The notes under the pieces: generated by a model | The model's input: only the letters and a program-made list of their open reading frames with translations | Database searches by the model: none | Told to the model about the DNA's origin: nothing | Source of the DNA: an uncultured Sulfuricurvum sp. | Lineage (GTDB): Bacteria; Campylobacterota; Campylobacteria; Campylobacterales; Sulfurimonadaceae | DNA: 64,000 nt | Reading direction: 5' to 3' | NCBI GenBank assembly: GCA_964468865.1 | Contig: CAYXWQ010000005.1 | Coordinates: 19,641 to 83,640 of the forward strand | Part shown: one piece after another, positions 46,586 through 57,204 of the stretch | How the letters are laid out: every line of letters starts with the position of its first letter | How positions within the stretch are numbered: the stretch's first letter is position 1 | Translations under genes and position numbers: made by a program

Positions 46586-48373
46586 TTATTTTTTGATATA
46601 CCCTAGGTCGTCGAGCTTGTTGTAGATTGCCGATACGATCCCCCCTGTCGCTTCTCCCCCGTGCCCTCCGTGTTCAACCATCACCATGACGACAAACTGC
46701 GGCTTATCGGCAGGACCGTAGGTCGTAAACCATGCGTGGGAGCGCTTGAAATACTCCATGGAATGCTCGCTTTCTCGCTGTTTAACTCCCTGCGCGATCC
46801 CTGTCGTCTGCGCGGTTCCCGTTTTTCCGGCGATCGGGAATCGGGTATGGACAAACGCTTTTGCCGTTCCCCCCGGATCATTGCACACACCACGCATCGC
46901 CCGCTGCACGATAGGCAGTTTCTGTTTTTCGAGCGGGGTCAGGACATCCAGAGGCTTGGGGGTATACGGATTGTCACCGACGGTTTTGGCGACGTGCGGT
47001 ATCGGAAGTTTCCCCGTTGCCATCAAGGCGGTGAACTGGGCCATCTGCATCGGTGTGACCAGGACGTCCCCCTGTCCGATGGAGGTGTTGAGAGTCTCCC
47101 CCTGATACCACGGCTTGTTGAATTTTTTCCGTTTCCATTCGCGGCTGGGGATCGTACCGATAAACTCGTTGGGAAGATCGATCCCCGTTTTTTTCCCCAG
47201 TCCCATCCGGATCAGTCCTTTGCTCATCCGCTCGATCCCGACCTGCAGGCTCCCTTTATAAAAATAGTCGTCGCAGCTTTGGGTGATCGCCTTGGCCAGA
47301 TCGGTCGATCCGTGCCCGCTGTGTTTCCAGCAGCGGAATGCCCGGTTACCCAATCTCATCGATCCGGTACAGAATACATCGGTGTGCTCGTCCATCACCC
47401 CCGAATTGACATAGATCAGCCCCATCCCGGTCTTGATCGTCGATCCGGGAGGATAGAGGCCGTTGATCATCTTGTTCGTGAACGGCGCGTCGACGCTGCT
47501 CATGAGGGCGTTCCACTCTTTCGTACTGATCCCCGAGACAAACGTATTGAGATCGTATTCCGGATAGCTTCCTGCGGCATAGACGGCTCCGTGGACATCC
47601 ATGACGATGATTGCCCCAACCCGATTTTCGAAAATATGGGTGATAAAGTTCTGAAGCTGCATATCGATATTCAAGACAAGGGTCCGGTTCTCTTGTGTCG
47701 GCGTTCTTCCGATCTCTTCGATCTCGACGTTGTGTGCGTTGACCTTGATCCGTCTCTCGCCGGCAACCCCCTGCAGATAGCGGTTGTAGTATTTTTCTAT
47801 ACCGTTTTTTCCCACATGTCCGATCAGCTGCAGCGACGGGTCGGCGTCGATCTCTTTTTGATTGGCTTTGGCGACATAGCCGATCAGATGCGATCCCACC
47901 GCTCCGTAAGGGTAGAGACGCTTGGGCGAAGGGGCAATTTTGATCGTTTCGCGCAGATTCATCAGCGAATAGAGAGGGATGATCGTTTCATGGGGGATAA
48001 AATCGACGACGTCGATGAAAGAATGGTTGTAATACGAATCCTGCTGTTTGTAGATTTTGGCCATTTTTTCGGGATCGAGTGTCGGGATTTTCGACACCAG
48101 ATACGCGATTTCCCGGTCAAGCTTCGTCGTATCCTTCCCCTTGGTCAGATGAGGGGCCAGGGCGATTTTGAAGCCCAGTTCGTTGATCGCTATCGGCTCC
48201 CGGTTCCGGTCCAGAATCTCCCCCCGTACGGGGGCGGTGAGCTCGGCTTTGATGCTGTTTTTTTCCGAGAGGGTTGCGTAGTATTCATTGGACTGTATCG
48301 AGAGGTGGAATACCCGGACCAGCAGCGCGAGCCAGACAATGGCGAAAATCCCCAGCAGCAATCTGATTTTCAT
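46586..48373 (-). CDS. mrdA: Penicillin-binding protein 2
   Basis: N-terminal TM, RGEILDRN, PGSTIK (SxxK), SCD, KTGT, EHGGHGG. Confidence 0.95.
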   Translation of the reverse strand: MKIRLLLGIFAIVWLALLVRVFHLSIQSNEYYATLSEKNSIKAELTAPVRGEILDRNREPIAINELGFKIALAPHLTKGKDTTKLDREIAYLVSKIPTLDPEKMAKIYKQQDSYYNHSFIDVVDFIPHETIIPLYSLMNLRETIKIAPSPKRLYPYGAVGSHLIGYVAKANQKEIDADPSLQLIGHVGKNGIEKYYNRYLQGVAGERRIKVNAHNVEIEEIGRTPTQENRTLVLNIDMQLQNFITHIFENRVGAIIVMDVHGAVYAAGSYPEYDLNTFVSGISTKEWNALMSSVDAPFTNKMINGLYPPGSTIKTGMGLIYVNSGVMDEHTDVFCTGSMRLGNRAFRCWKHSGHGSTDLAKAITQSCDDYFYKGSLQVGIERMSKGLIRMGLGKKTGIDLPNEFIGTIPSREWKRKKFNKPWYQGETLNTSIGQGDVLVTPMQMAQFTALMATGKLPIPHVAKTVGDNPYTPKPLDVLTPLEKQKLPIVQRAMRGVCNDPGGTAKAFVHTRFPIAGKTGTAQTTGIAQGVKQRESEHSMEYFKRSHAWFTTYGPADKPQFVVMVMVEHGGHGGEATGGIVSAIYNKLDDLGYIKK

Positions 48374-48825
48374 ACAAGAGCCGCCAGGATTAAAAATTCA
48401 ACAACCACGTAAAGCCCCATATGCCAGTCGATCGCAGGAACTTCCAGCATCAGAACCTGATTTCCGGTCCACATAAAGAGCCAGTATCCGGGATAGGCAA
48501 AAAGGGTGAAAATGGCCGCCATACAGATCCGGCATTGGAGCACCAGTTCGATCTTTGGGACAAAATAATGGATCAAAAAGGTGAAAAAAAGGACCGTGCT
48601 CCCGAACCAAAACCCTTTTTCCGCTTCGAAAAAGAGAAGCATAAAAATCACGACCAACAAACCCACCAGATCGTGCCTTGCCAATGCGCGGTAATAGGCA
48701 AAAAACAACAGGGCCAGCAGCGGGGGGAACAAAAGGTACAGGCTGCTCAGGCTTATATAGACGACATAGGCACCAACAAATAAAAGTTGGTTCAGAGCGT
48801 CTTGATAAGAGAAACTTCGTTGCAT
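48370..48825 (-). CDS. Integral membrane protein (possibly MreD-like)
   Basis: About five hydrophobic segments; immediately upstream of mrdA. Confidence 0.7.
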   Translation of the reverse strand: MQRSFSYQDALNQLLFVGAYVVYISLSSLYLLFPPLLALLFFAYYRALARHDLVGLLVVIFMLLFFEAEKGFWFGSTVLFFTFLIHYFVPKIELVLQCRICMAAIFTLFAYPGYWLFMWTGNQVLMLEVPAIDWHMGLYVVVEFLILAALV

Positions 48826-49256
48826 ACCGGAAAATGTTTGCATTTGATGCAATCGGCCCAGATTTTATGTTCCGGGATACTCTCTTTTGGGATTTCGATA
48901 AATCCCAACCGTTCGAAAAAGCGCTGCTGGTAGGTTAGGGCCAAAACCTCTTTAAGCCCCAGATAACGCCCCTCCTCGCACGCTTTTTCGACGAGGGCCG
49001 TACCGATGTTTCGGCCGCGGTAGTTTTGATCGATAATCATCGATCGCAGCTCCGCAAGGTGGGGAGAGTGGATGTGTAGGGCCACGAATCCGACCAGCTT
49101 GTCGGCATCCATAGCAAGGAAGTACGACCGTATATTTGTAGCGATCTCGTCGTTGCTCCGCGGCAGAATGACCCCCGATTCGATTTCGGGAGCGACGAGC
49201 TGCTGCATGGCGGGAATATCGCGCAGCGTCGGCTTTTTATAAAGGATTTCGCTCAT
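48792..49256 (-). CDS. GNAT acetyltransferase, short N-acetylglutamate synthase type
   Basis: LAELRSM, YRGRNIG, LALTY..FFERLGF, PEHKIWADCIKC. Confidence 0.8.
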   Translation of the reverse strand: MSEILYKKPTLRDIPAMQQLVAPEIESGVILPRSNDEIATNIRSYFLAMDADKLVGFVALHIHSPHLAELRSMIIDQNYRGRNIGTALVEKACEEGRYLGLKEVLALTYQQRFFERLGFIEIPKESIPEHKIWADCIKCKHFPVCNEVSLIKTL

Positions 49257-49864
49257 TCTTCCCCCTCTTTGAGGAGACGATAGAGCACTTCGACGATCGT
49301 ATCGACGCCACGGCGTTTTGAATTGGAGATCATGAGGGAACCGGGGAAGCGTTTTTTAAGTTCGCTCAGCTCTTTTTGGTTCAGTTTGTCGATTTTGGTA
49401 AATACCGTCAGAATCCTTTGGGTGGGGGCGCAGATCTGATCGAGGTACTCGCGTACCGATGCATCGATCTCCAGATCGGGATGACGGCAGTCGATCAGGT
49501 GGACAAACACCCGTATCTGTTTACGCTCCGTGATGTAGGAGGTCAGGTTGCTCTCCCAGTCAGTTTTGAGTGATTTGGCTACTTTGGCGTATCCGAAACC
49601 CGGCAAATCCACGAACTTGGCGCTCAGACGCTCCTGCGTCTCCCGGTCCATAAAGACGACGTCAAAATAGTTGATGAGGCGGGTTTTTCCCGGTGTCGCC
49701 GAAACCTTGGCCAGCGATTTGCGGTTTGTGAGGGTATTCAGAAGCGAGCTTTTTCCCGTATTGGACCGCGCCATAAAGGCCACTTCATTTTGCTCTTCGT
49801 TGGGCGGCGAGAGCTTGATGTTCGGAGCCGACGTAACGAATCTCGAATCAATGATCTCGATCAT
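49253..49864 (-). CDS. engB: Ribosome biogenesis GTPase YihA/EngB
   Basis: ARSNTGKSSL, TPGKTRLIN, DLPGFGYA, TKIDK. Confidence 0.93.
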   Translation of the reverse strand: MIEIIDSRFVTSAPNIKLSPPNEEQNEVAFMARSNTGKSSLLNTLTNRKSLAKVSATPGKTRLINYFDVVFMDRETQERLSAKFVDLPGFGYAKVAKSLKTDWESNLTSYITERKQIRVFVHLIDCRHPDLEIDASVREYLDQICAPTQRILTVFTKIDKLNQKELSELKKRFPGSLMISNSKRRGVDTIVEVLYRLLKEGEE

Positions 49865-50358
49865 TTGGAAGGGCTTCCGGATTTTGAATTTTTCTTCTCA
49901 AGGGTAAAAATCATGATCACAGGCTCATCCTTGGCGCTCTGCGCACTCGCGTACCCCTGCGTCGTATTGACAACAACCTTGTCCCCTTTGACGCGCCGGT
50001 AATCGTCCAGGCGAATCAGATCGACTTTTGTGTAAAACTGGTATTCACTTTCGTTAGGCAGGTAGACCGCCCTCTCCGATTTTCCGCGGTATACCTCTCG
50101 CAGCTCGGTGACGATGTAGAAAGAGACATCCCCTTCGGCAACGTATTTGATCGGCTTGTTCGTTTTATCGGTGTAGATCGTCACTTTGGAAGCGTTGAGT
50201 TCATCGAGTCCTTTGGTCACTTTGACATTTCCGGTAAAGATGGCAAGCCCTTTTTGCTGCTCCCCTTTGAAATGGTCCGAAATGACTTTCAGCTCTTCCG
50301 CCGACGATTGGGCTATAAAAAGAGAAAAGAGAAAAACAATTATTTTAATCATCCGCAT
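49861..50358 (-). CDS. lptA: LPS transport periplasmic protein LptA
   Basis: Signal peptide, FTGNVKVTKG, AEGDV OstA-like pattern; follows lptC. Confidence 0.85.
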   Translation of the reverse strand: MRMIKIIVFLFSLFIAQSSAEELKVISDHFKGEQQKGLAIFTGNVKVTKGLDELNASKVTIYTDKTNKPIKYVAEGDVSFYIVTELREVYRGKSERAVYLPNESEYQFYTKVDLIRLDDYRRVKGDKVVVNTTQGYASAQSAKDEPVIMIFTLEKKNSKSGSPSK

Positions 50359-50361
50359 ATC

Positions 50362-50871
50362 CTAGTTCAGTTGATAACTTCCGCGCACCGCATCTGCCGA
50401 TACGGTATCGTGTTCAGTGTTGTAATTAAGACGCCGCCCGTCAACCCGGTTGGCATTTTGGGTGATGACGAACGGCCCTTCCGTTGTGATGATCGATGCG
50501 TTCGAATCGTACTGCCCCTCTTCGGAACGGAATTGAAGCCCGTCTTCGCGCTCGTAGAATACATTGGCATTCAAACGGAGAACGTCGTTTTGATACTGGG
50601 CGTTATCGGCCCGGATCGACTGAGATAATGATTTTGTATTATCGCTAAATTTAGCTGACGTTACCTCATACCGATCATCAAACATTTTCCCCTTTTCCCC
50701 TTCGAGAACATGGTCGATCCCGTTTCGGGAAATTTCGTAGAGGGTAAACGCCTGGAGCTCTATTTTCGGAATTTCATGCGTCTGCTGATCGGTGGAATAG
50801 GTCGGCTTGAACACAGCGTGCATCCCCAGAAGCAATCCCAACACGAGGAGAAAAAAAACGTTTATCGACAT
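50362..50871 (-). CDS. lptC: LPS export protein LptC
   Basis: N-terminal TM, beta-jellyroll pattern; kdsC-lptC-lptA order. Confidence 0.75.
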   Translation of the reverse strand: MSINVFFLLVLGLLLGMHAVFKPTYSTDQQTHEIPKIELQAFTLYEISRNGIDHVLEGEKGKMFDDRYEVTSAKFSDNTKSLSQSIRADNAQYQNDVLRLNANVFYEREDGLQFRSEEGQYDSNASIITTEGPFVITQNANRVDGRRLNYNTEHDTVSADAVRGSYQLN

Positions 50872-51363
50872 TTAGATCCACTGGCTCAAAAATTTTTCTT
50901 CCTCGCCGTTGGCACGGATCACTTTTTCGATCATTTCGCGTACACAGGCATCACCGCCGCACCGCTCCAGAACCTCGGCAAATGCGCGGATATATTCCGA
51001 ACCGTCCCGCGGAGTATACGCCTGAGCCGCCCATTGAAGAAGCCGGTAATCGTTCAGATCATCCCCGATCGCTGCGACTTCTCTGGCATCGATCCCCAGT
51101 TTGGCGCACAGTTCCATCGCAACGGAACGCTTGTCCTTCACCCCCTGATAGAGGTGTTCGATCCCGAGCTCTTTGGCACGGTGCGCAACGATGGTCGAAT
51201 CACGACCGGTAATGATCGCGGCATAATGCCCCATTTTGAGCCATTCCTTGATCGCAAAACCGTCCTTGACGTTAAAATTTTTCAGTTCAACGCCATCGGA
51301 AGAGTAGATGATCTTCCCCTCCGTCAGACACCCGTCGACATCGAGGATCAGCAACCGGATCAC
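50872..51363 (-). CDS. kdsC: KDO 8-phosphate phosphatase
   Basis: LDVDGCLT, FNVKDG, IITGR, IGDDLND. Confidence 0.93.
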   Translation of the reverse strand: MIRLLILDVDGCLTEGKIIYSSDGVELKNFNVKDGFAIKEWLKMGHYAAIITGRDSTIVAHRAKELGIEHLYQGVKDKRSVAMELCAKLGIDAREVAAIGDDLNDYRLLQWAAQAYTPRDGSEYIRAFAEVLERCGGDACVREMIEKVIRANGEEEKFLSQWI

Positions 51364-51932
51364 AGTACCCCTTTGGTACTGGGGACACCGGCACGTTCAT
51401 TTCGAGCCAGTGCCCTGCGCAGGGCTACGGCCAACGATTTAAATGCCGCTTCGATGATATGGTGCTTGTTTTTTCCCCGCAGCATCACGATATGGGCCGT
51501 AATGCCGGCATTGAAAACGACGGCACGGAAAAACTCTTCAGCCAGTTCGGCGTCGAACGCACCGATTTTTCCGCTTACTTCCACCTCATAGACCAAAAAC
51601 GGCCGATTGCTGAGATCCAGGTCACAGCTCACCGCCGCTTCGTCCATAACGATAACGGCGTTCCCGAACCGTTCCACTTTTTCGATTGGATAGATCGCTT
51701 CGCGCAGCGCCTGTCCCAGAACGATACCGATATCCTCGACGCTGTGGTGGTCATCGATATGGATGTCCCCCTCGCACTGTACATTCAGATCGATCAATGC
51801 GTGTTTGGCAAAACTCTCCAGCATATGATCCAAAAAGCCGACTTTGGTCGATACAGTGCTTTTTCCCTCCCCCCGAAGGTTCAGAGACAAAGAGATGTCG
51901 GTCTCTTTTGTGGTACGTATTTTTTGGATCAT
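51360..51932 (-). CDS. hisB: Imidazoleglycerol-phosphate dehydratase
   Basis: RTTKET, FLDHML, DDHHSVED, MDEA, NKHHIIEA. Confidence 0.96.
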   Translation of the reverse strand: MIQKIRTTKETDISLSLNLRGEGKSTVSTKVGFLDHMLESFAKHALIDLNVQCEGDIHIDDHHSVEDIGIVLGQALREAIYPIEKVERFGNAVIVMDEAAVSCDLDLSNRPFLVYEVEVSGKIGAFDAELAEEFFRAVVFNAGITAHIVMLRGKNKHHIIEAAFKSLAVALRRALARNERAGVPSTKGVL

Positions 51933-51933
51933 A

Positions 51934-52740
51934 TCATTCCCTTATGATAAACGAGCCTTTGAAATAGCCCCGTGAAATAAAGTCGCGCGCTTCGGCTTCA
52001 CTCTTGAATCCGCCGAGCCATACGCGAAATAGACGTTTGTTATTATACTCTGTATCTTTGATAATTGCGTTGTAGCCGTTGTAATTCGAATTTTTTTGCT
52101 TGGTGGCCAAAGCCCCTTCAAACCGCTCAAATGCACCGATCTGGACGAAAAATGAGCTCAACACGCTCTCCCTCGGCCCTTTGGCGAGACTCCCCATATC
52201 GATGGTCCGCATTCCCGAAGGTTCGAAACCGAGGACTTCCAGCGTTACCGGCGCCGTTCCGACGCGCTCAACACCGATCTGCTGCGCCGCAGCAAACGAA
52301 AGATCGATAATACGCGTTTCGACAAAAGGCCCCCGGTCATTGATCCGGACAACCGTCTGCGCATTGGTTCGGGTGTTGGTCACACGGACGACCGTATTCA
52401 TCGGAAGGGTCTTGTGGGCGGCCGTCATGGCGTACATGTCGTATCCTTCACCGTTTGAGGTCGATTTGCCATGGAAATCATGCCCATACCAGCTCGCGGT
52501 ACCGCTGAAAACATCTCCTACCCGTACCACTGTCGGATAATATTCTCTTCCCATGACGGTATAAGGGCGCATCGTCGCTTGAAGGTCCCCGTTTTTTTTG
52601 TAGATAGACGATGATGTCATCGCCAGTTTTTCGGAAGGGTATTTTTGCGATGCTTTGGGCTGGTAGTTGTACGAGCCGGTCTTAGTTGAACAGCCTCCCA
52701 TCAACAAAATCAACCCCGCCAAAAGAATCCTATTTATCAA
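51934..52740 (-). CDS. rlpA: Septal ring lytic transglycosylase RlpA with SPOR domain
   Basis: Lipobox MGG|C, ASWYG, TAAHKTLP, VRINDRGPF, RIIDLS, VQIGAF. Confidence 0.94.
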   Translation of the reverse strand: MINRILLAGLILLMGGCSTKTGSYNYQPKASQKYPSEKLAMTSSSIYKKNGDLQATMRPYTVMGREYYPTVVRVGDVFSGTASWYGHDFHGKSTSNGEGYDMYAMTAAHKTLPMNTVVRVTNTRTNAQTVVRINDRGPFVETRIIDLSFAAAQQIGVERVGTAPVTLEVLGFEPSGMRTIDMGSLAKGPRESVLSSFFVQIGAFERFEGALATKQKNSNYNGYNAIIKDTEYNNKRLFRVWLGGFKSEAEARDFISRGYFKGSFIIRE

Positions 52741-53959
52741 CCTTTATCTCCTCACCCTCTCTCAATGCATTCGACGCAAACGGATTGTTCGCTTTTAACT
52801 GCTCTAGGGTCAAATTATACAATGCAGCAACTGAAGCGAGGGTTTCACCGCTTTTAGCTCTGTGGAGGCGTGGAGTAGCAATCAAATAAGGCCTGTTGAT
52901 CGGGATTTTAACGTTGCGGTTCCCCTCGATCTCGTTTTCGTCACCGATCATGTTTTCGGCCATGATATTGCCTTTGGGAACATTGTAGCGTTTGGACAGC
53001 TGCGTGAGCGTCTCGCCCGATTTGACGCGGTGCATCACGAAATATCCTTTCAGCTCACGCGTACGAAACTTCTGCCGAAAATCGCCCAGCTTGGACTTCG
53101 GGATGTAAATCGGGTAGGAGTTCTGGTTCGGGGGGGTGACCCCTTTTTTCAGATGGGTGTTGAGCCGCACCAGATTTTTTTTGGGCATCTCCAGCACCGC
53201 CGCGATACGGTCTATATCCTCCCCTTCGGGCAGATAGACAGTCGCGAGGGGATTCTCGTGTTCCATTCCACCAAGCAGCTGATCGTACTCGATCTCGGCC
53301 AGAAACACCTCGTCGGTTGCCAGCAATGCCAGCGCAACGACTTTTCGGATGTAGTTCCGGCTCTCCTGCGGGATCAAGGATCGCTTGGGATCGGCCAGTA
53401 CCCGCAAATCGGTCGTACCTGCCTTACGGATCGCTTTTTGGAGTTTCCCCTCCCCGCAATTGTAAGCGATCAGCGCCAGGTACCATTTGCCGAACATTTT
53501 TTTCAAGCTGCTCAGATACGTAATGGCCGCACGGGTCGATTTGACATGGTCGCGCCGTTCGTCGACAAACTGGTTCACCTGAAGGCCGTGAATACGTCCC
53601 GTCCCCTCCATAAACTGCCACAACCCAGCCGCGCCGCGAGACGAGGAGGTGCTGACTTCCAGTCTCGATTCAGCCATGGCAACAAACAAAAATTCTTTGG
53701 GCAGATCCGACTGGGCGATCAGGGAGGAGAGCATCGGGATGAATACGTCGGCGTTTTCCGCCGAATCGGCAAAACCGGTCAGCTGGCATTCACGGCGTTT
53801 CTTGGCGTAGATATCGTGCAGATAGGGATCGGAGAGGAAGGAGGCCGGGATGCCGAAGTGCTTCAGAACCTCGATTTTTTTGCGGTCACCCGGATCGAAT
53901 CCCACGCTGTAGACCCACAGCGGGATCAGCAGGATGAGGGCAACATACCTTATCGCCAT
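52730..53959 (-). CDS. mltD: MltD-type lytic transglycosylase with LysM domains
   Basis: AMAES, GAAGLWQFM, DERRD, AYNCG; HRVKSGETL and HRAKSGETL LysM repeats. Confidence 0.9.
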   Translation of the reverse strand: MAIRYVALILLIPLWVYSVGFDPGDRKKIEVLKHFGIPASFLSDPYLHDIYAKKRRECQLTGFADSAENADVFIPMLSSLIAQSDLPKEFLFVAMAESRLEVSTSSSRGAAGLWQFMEGTGRIHGLQVNQFVDERRDHVKSTRAAITYLSSLKKMFGKWYLALIAYNCGEGKLQKAIRKAGTTDLRVLADPKRSLIPQESRNYIRKVVALALLATDEVFLAEIEYDQLLGGMEHENPLATVYLPEGEDIDRIAAVLEMPKKNLVRLNTHLKKGVTPPNQNSYPIYIPKSKLGDFRQKFRTRELKGYFVMHRVKSGETLTQLSKRYNVPKGNIMAENMIGDENEIEGNRNVKIPINRPYLIATPRLHRAKSGETLASVAALYNLTLEQLKANNPFASNALREGEEIKVDK

Positions 53960-53976
53960 CTACGCACCTTCCACCC

Positions 53977-54753
53977 CTATCCGAACCTGAAGAGTTTTTT
54001 CGCATTTGCCGTTGTCAGAGATTTGATCTCGGAAGGGGAAATTTCGAGGAGTTCAGCCATTTTGTCGGCGACGTAGCGGGTATAAGCGCTTTCGTTGCGC
54101 GTCCCGCGGTGGGGGTGCGGAGTCAGATAGGGGCCGTCGGTTTCGATCAGGAGTTTCTCCCGGGGGATTTTAGGGAGGACATGGATAAGTTTTTTGGCGT
54201 TCTGGAACGTCACAACCCCGCCGATCCCGAAATAAAACCCCTCGTTCGCCAATGAGAGAAGCTCCTCGTCGGCATTGTAACAGTGCAGAACCCCGCCCAC
54301 CTCTCCGGCCCCCTCTTCGAGCAGGAGCATCTTCGCATCATGGCTCGCATCGCGTATATGAACAATGAGCGGCTTTTCCACTTTTTTGGCCAGGCGTATC
54401 TGTTCGCGGAAAACATACGCCTGGCGTTCCTTTTCGGCACGCTTCTCTTCGTCGCTCCCTTCGAGGCGGAAATAGTCCAGTCCGCATTCGCCAATCGCAA
54501 CGCACTTGGGATGAGCCGCGTAATGCTCGAAATCAACCGATTCGAACGCTTCCATGTCGTAGGGGTGGACCCCTACGGCGAAATAGACATCCGCATGCGC
54601 TTCGGCGATTTCAACCGCCCTCTCCAGCGTACCCGGATGGGCTCCGGGAATGACAAAGGCCATGACACCCGCCTCCCGGGCACGCGCCATCATCGCGTCA
54701 AAATCCTCGACATACCGCTCATCGTCGAGATGGATATGGGTATCGATAATCAT
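53977..54753 (-). CDS. tatD: TatD family hydrolase
   Basis: IDTHIH, GVHP, IGECGLDY, GVLHCY, ETDGPYLTP. Confidence 0.95.
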   Translation of the reverse strand: MIIDTHIHLDDERYVEDFDAMMARAREAGVMAFVIPGAHPGTLERAVEIAEAHADVYFAVGVHPYDMEAFESVDFEHYAAHPKCVAIGECGLDYFRLEGSDEEKRAEKERQAYVFREQIRLAKKVEKPLIVHIRDASHDAKMLLLEEGAGEVGGVLHCYNADEELLSLANEGFYFGIGGVVTFQNAKKLIHVLPKIPREKLLIETDGPYLTPHPHRGTRNESAYTRYVADKMAELLEISPSEIKSLTTANAKKLFRFG

Positions 54754-56291
54754 ACACTCCCCTGGGATCGTTCAAATAGTTCTCTGGCGAACCGGGTCGC
54801 TTCCTCGCTGATCCCCTCGCCGCTGATGATACGGGCAATCTCTTCAATCCTCTCTTCGGCGGAGAGTTCACGCACACGGCTTTCACCGTCCTTGTAGATA
54901 AGGAAATGCTGTTCCCCCATCGACGTCAGCTGCGGCTGGTGGGATATGACGAAAATCTGGTATTTTTTCGAGAGATGGCGGAGCACCTTGGCCACGCTCA
55001 TCGACTCTTCGCCGCTGAGATTCGCGTCGATCTCATCGAGCATCAATACCCCGCCCGACCCTTCCATCGTTTCGACCCCCAGCGCCAGCAATGCCAGACG
55101 GAGACGGTTGAATTCGCCGGAGCTGAGTTTTTCCAGTCTTGTCCCCGACAGACCGAGTACCGCTTTGTCACAGCCGAAGGGGTGGGGATCGGACGTTTCG
55201 AGCTCCAGCGTCGCCTCGCGCAGATAGAGCATCGACAGATAGCCGTTTAGAGAAGATCGCATCTCTTCCAGCGCGCCATGGCGCGCCTCTGACAGGAGCC
55301 GGGAGAGGCGGTCGAGTTCACCTCTGAGTTTCCCGATCTGTTTGGTCAGCTCCCCTTTGGAGTGTTCGATCGTCTCAAACGATTCGAGCTCCGCCGCCTT
55401 CTTCTCCCGGTAGGCCAGCGCTTCTTCGACACTGCCGTAACGGCGCTTAAGCTCGGAAATCTGCTCTATCCGGTTGAGGACCTGTTCGATATCGGTTTCG
55501 CCCAGTTCCTCCATCCTCTCCATCGAACTCTCGAAAATATGGCGCAGCTCGTTCATCGCATCATCAAAAAAAGCACTGTCGGCTTCGAGAAGCCCCAGTG
55601 CGGCGCTGACATGGGATTCGTGGGAAAAAATCGCTTCTGCCTGCGTGATCGCTTTTTCGATCTTCTCTTTTTTCGAAAGCTGTTTTTTGATGGCCGAGAG
55701 TTCCTCGTCTTCTCCGATAGCAGGTTTGACCGCGTCTATCTTGGAAATCTCGTAGGCGGCGAACTCTTTGAGCTCGGCCAGCCGCTTCTCCTGATCCTCG
55801 ATGATGCGGAGCTCTTCGGAGAGGGTTTTGTAATCGGCGAATTTCACCCTGTACTCCCTGAGAACATCGGCGTGAGCGGGGCGCGAGGCCGCTATCCGCT
55901 CATCCACAAGGCGCAGCAGAGCGTGGGGTTCGAAGTCGCTGTAGTCTTTGAGGCTCAGATGACGCAGATACGCACTGCTGATCGCCCCCATCGAGGCCCT
56001 TGGGGTGCTTTGGGAATTGATGAAGTAGCGGGTTTTTTCTTTTTTCACCTGACGAAAAATATTCGAGGGCTCATTCGCGATTCCGTAAGCATCCTCATCA
56101 ATCTGCCAGCAGACGCTCGATTCGCAGATCTGGGCATCGACATTGTCCATCCCAACCGAGGAGAGGATCGAGCGCATAAGGATCGATTTCCCGCTCCCGC
56201 TGGGGCCGGTAAAGACAACCAATCCCGGGTGAAATTCCATCTCGGCCTCTTTGAAGGTCAAAAACTCTTTCAGATAGAATCGCTCAATCAC
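54750..56291 (-). CDS. recN: DNA repair protein RecN
   Basis: TGPSGSGKS, coiled coil, LSSGEFNR, LDEIDANLSG, ISHQPQ. Confidence 0.93.
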   Translation of the reverse strand: MIERFYLKEFLTFKEAEMEFHPGLVVFTGPSGSGKSILMRSILSSVGMDNVDAQICESSVCWQIDEDAYGIANEPSNIFRQVKKEKTRYFINSQSTPRASMGAISSAYLRHLSLKDYSDFEPHALLRLVDERIAASRPAHADVLREYRVKFADYKTLSEELRIIEDQEKRLAELKEFAAYEISKIDAVKPAIGEDEELSAIKKQLSKKEKIEKAITQAEAIFSHESHVSAALGLLEADSAFFDDAMNELRHIFESSMERMEELGETDIEQVLNRIEQISELKRRYGSVEEALAYREKKAAELESFETIEHSKGELTKQIGKLRGELDRLSRLLSEARHGALEEMRSSLNGYLSMLYLREATLELETSDPHPFGCDKAVLGLSGTRLEKLSSGEFNRLRLALLALGVETMEGSGGVLMLDEIDANLSGEESMSVAKVLRHLSKKYQIFVISHQPQLTSMGEQHFLIYKDGESRVRELSAEERIEEIARIISGEGISEEATRFARELFERSQGSV

Positions 56292-56294
56292 AGA

Positions 56295-57152
56295 TCAATC
56301 TCCCCATCCCAGTTTCTCTTTGAGGACATCGAAATAATTGAACTCTTTGCGATGGATCAGATGGGCCCCCGATGAAGCCAGTTTGATGTGGACCGTATCG
56401 TTTTCGGTGATCTCAATCATATCCTGCCCGTCAATGATCAAAAGCGCGCTTGCATCGGGGGTTTTCATCTCGATCTCGAAATGGCCCGGCATAATAACCG
56501 GACGCTGGGTCAGTGAATGGGGGCAAATAGGGGTAAGTGCGAATACCTTGGTCAGCGGAAACATCACCGGCCCTCCGGCAGAGAGATTGTAGGCGGTAGA
56601 ACCCGTGGGGGTGGAGACGACGACGCCGTCACCGTAATAGGTGTTGAAATTCCGCCCGTCGATATAGGTTTCAAGATGGATCATTTTGGAGATCGAAGGA
56701 CGGGTCAGGACGATGTCGTTAAACGCGACGACGTTGCATTCCCCTTCCCCCGTCGTGATCGTCGCCTGCAGCATGGAACGCTCATCAATCCGGAATTCCC
56801 CTTCCAGCATTTTGTCGACAAAACTTTCAAGCTCGCCGATGTCCAGATCGGCCATGAATCCGAGCTTCCCGGCGTGTATCGCCAGAACGGGAAGCTGAAA
56901 ACGAAACGAGCGGCGCACGGCCGAGATCAGGGTGCCGTCTCCGCCGATGGTGACGAGAAAGTCCACCTTTTTGCACATCATTTCAAAAGGCTGCCCCATG
57001 ACATCGATCATCCCGCCGCTGATGTGCTCGATGATCACTTCGATACCTCGGGATTCGAAAATCCGTTTCGCCTCAAAGAACATCTCTTTGAGCTCGGGAG
57101 TCGAAGGGCGAAGAAGGATACCGACGCGTTTAATATTAGTTAATTTCAACAT
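56295..57152 (-). CDS. nadK: NAD kinase
   Basis: GGDGT, GKLGF, FND, GDG..STPTGSTAYNLSAGGP; start ATG 57152. Confidence 0.95.
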   Translation of the reverse strand: MLKLTNIKRVGILLRPSTPELKEMFFEAKRIFESRGIEVIIEHISGGMIDVMGQPFEMMCKKVDFLVTIGGDGTLISAVRRSFRFQLPVLAIHAGKLGFMADLDIGELESFVDKMLEGEFRIDERSMLQATITTGEGECNVVAFNDIVLTRPSISKMIHLETYIDGRNFNTYYGDGVVVSTPTGSTAYNLSAGGPVMFPLTKVFALTPICPHSLTQRPVIMPGHFEIEMKTPDASALLIIDGQDMIEITENDTVHIKLASSGAHLIHRKEFNYFDVLKEKLGWGD

Positions 57153-57204
57153 ATCCCTCTCTTTTTTGTCTTTATTATAGCCAAATAGATGACCAGGACA
57201 AAAT

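Noticed and set aside
46661-48412. 583-aa plus-strand ORF
   Set aside because: Antisense shadow of mrdA.
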